Part shown: positions 42,810-42,834 of the stretch, one piece after another | How positions within the stretch are numbered: position 1 is the stretch's first letter | Layout of the letters: each line of letters begins with the position of its first letter | Source of the DNA: Parcubacteria group bacterium | GTDB lineage: Bacteria; Patescibacteriota; JACQLU01 | DNA: 42,834 nt | Assembly (NCBI GenBank): GCA_016203935.1 | Contig: JACQLU010000006.1 | Span: forward strand, 1-42,834 | Reading direction: 5' to 3' | Made by a program: the position numbers and the translations under genes | Notes under the pieces: model-generated | Told to the model about the DNA's origin: nothing | The model's input: only the letters and a program-made list of their open reading frames with translations | Database searches by the model: none

Positions 42810-42834
42810 ATTTTGATCAGGGTCAAAGTTAAGA

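Noticed and set aside
1-42834. tRNA or rRNA genes, integrases, transposases, reverse transcriptase (DGR) or restriction-modification genes.
   Set aside because: I scanned intergenic regions for T-loop GTTCGAATC-type motifs and scanned the ORF translations for the hallmark catalytic motifs, and found none. Absence by eye is not proof.

Overview
This 42.8-kb window looks bacterial. The gene content (DUF4012-like protein, YVTN propellers, compact housekeeping genes, very dense short palindromic repeats) suggests a Patescibacteria/CPR-type genome, but that lineage call is inference only.

The left two thirds (0.5-27 kb) is a cell-envelope glycan locus:
- galE and the dTDP-rhamnose genes rmlB, rmlD and a short-form rmlA. 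No rmlC was seen.
- A giant secreted amidase_2 protein.
- A GT-B glycosyltransferase and four GT2 glycosyltransferases.
- A Wzm/Wzt ABC exporter and a Wzy/WaaL-like membrane protein.
- A WbaP-like initiating phosphotransferase and a DUF4012-like protein.

The right third is mainly housekeeping: S41 protease, rplI, fmt, def, priA, tagA-like, gltX, M23 peptidase, an RNA-methylase-like gene and rpmA. It also holds two YVTN beta-propeller genes and several hypothetical genes.

Two small accessory islands (about 2.9-5.9 kb and 10.6-13.3 kb) carry unrecognisable genes. These are arranged as four divergent pairs with near-consensus sigma70-type promoters and strong Shine-Dalgarno sites.

I found no tRNA, rRNA, CRISPR array, integrase or transposase, and no recognisable known defence system.

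The most unusual signals are structural:
1. Six or more families of short repeats, including 10-bp-phased GATACT/AGTATC hexamer arrays that butt against start codons of glycan genes.
2. Palindromic elements inserted in frame in two CDSs.
3. A sharp split between SD-less core genes and SD-bearing accessory genes.
4. A 78-bp direct repeat plus an fmt 3' relic bracketing one YVTN gene.
5. A priA homologue whose helicase motifs look degenerate.
6. An orphan promoter-to-terminator unit with no ORF.

All functional calls rest on motifs read by eye. No database search was possible.
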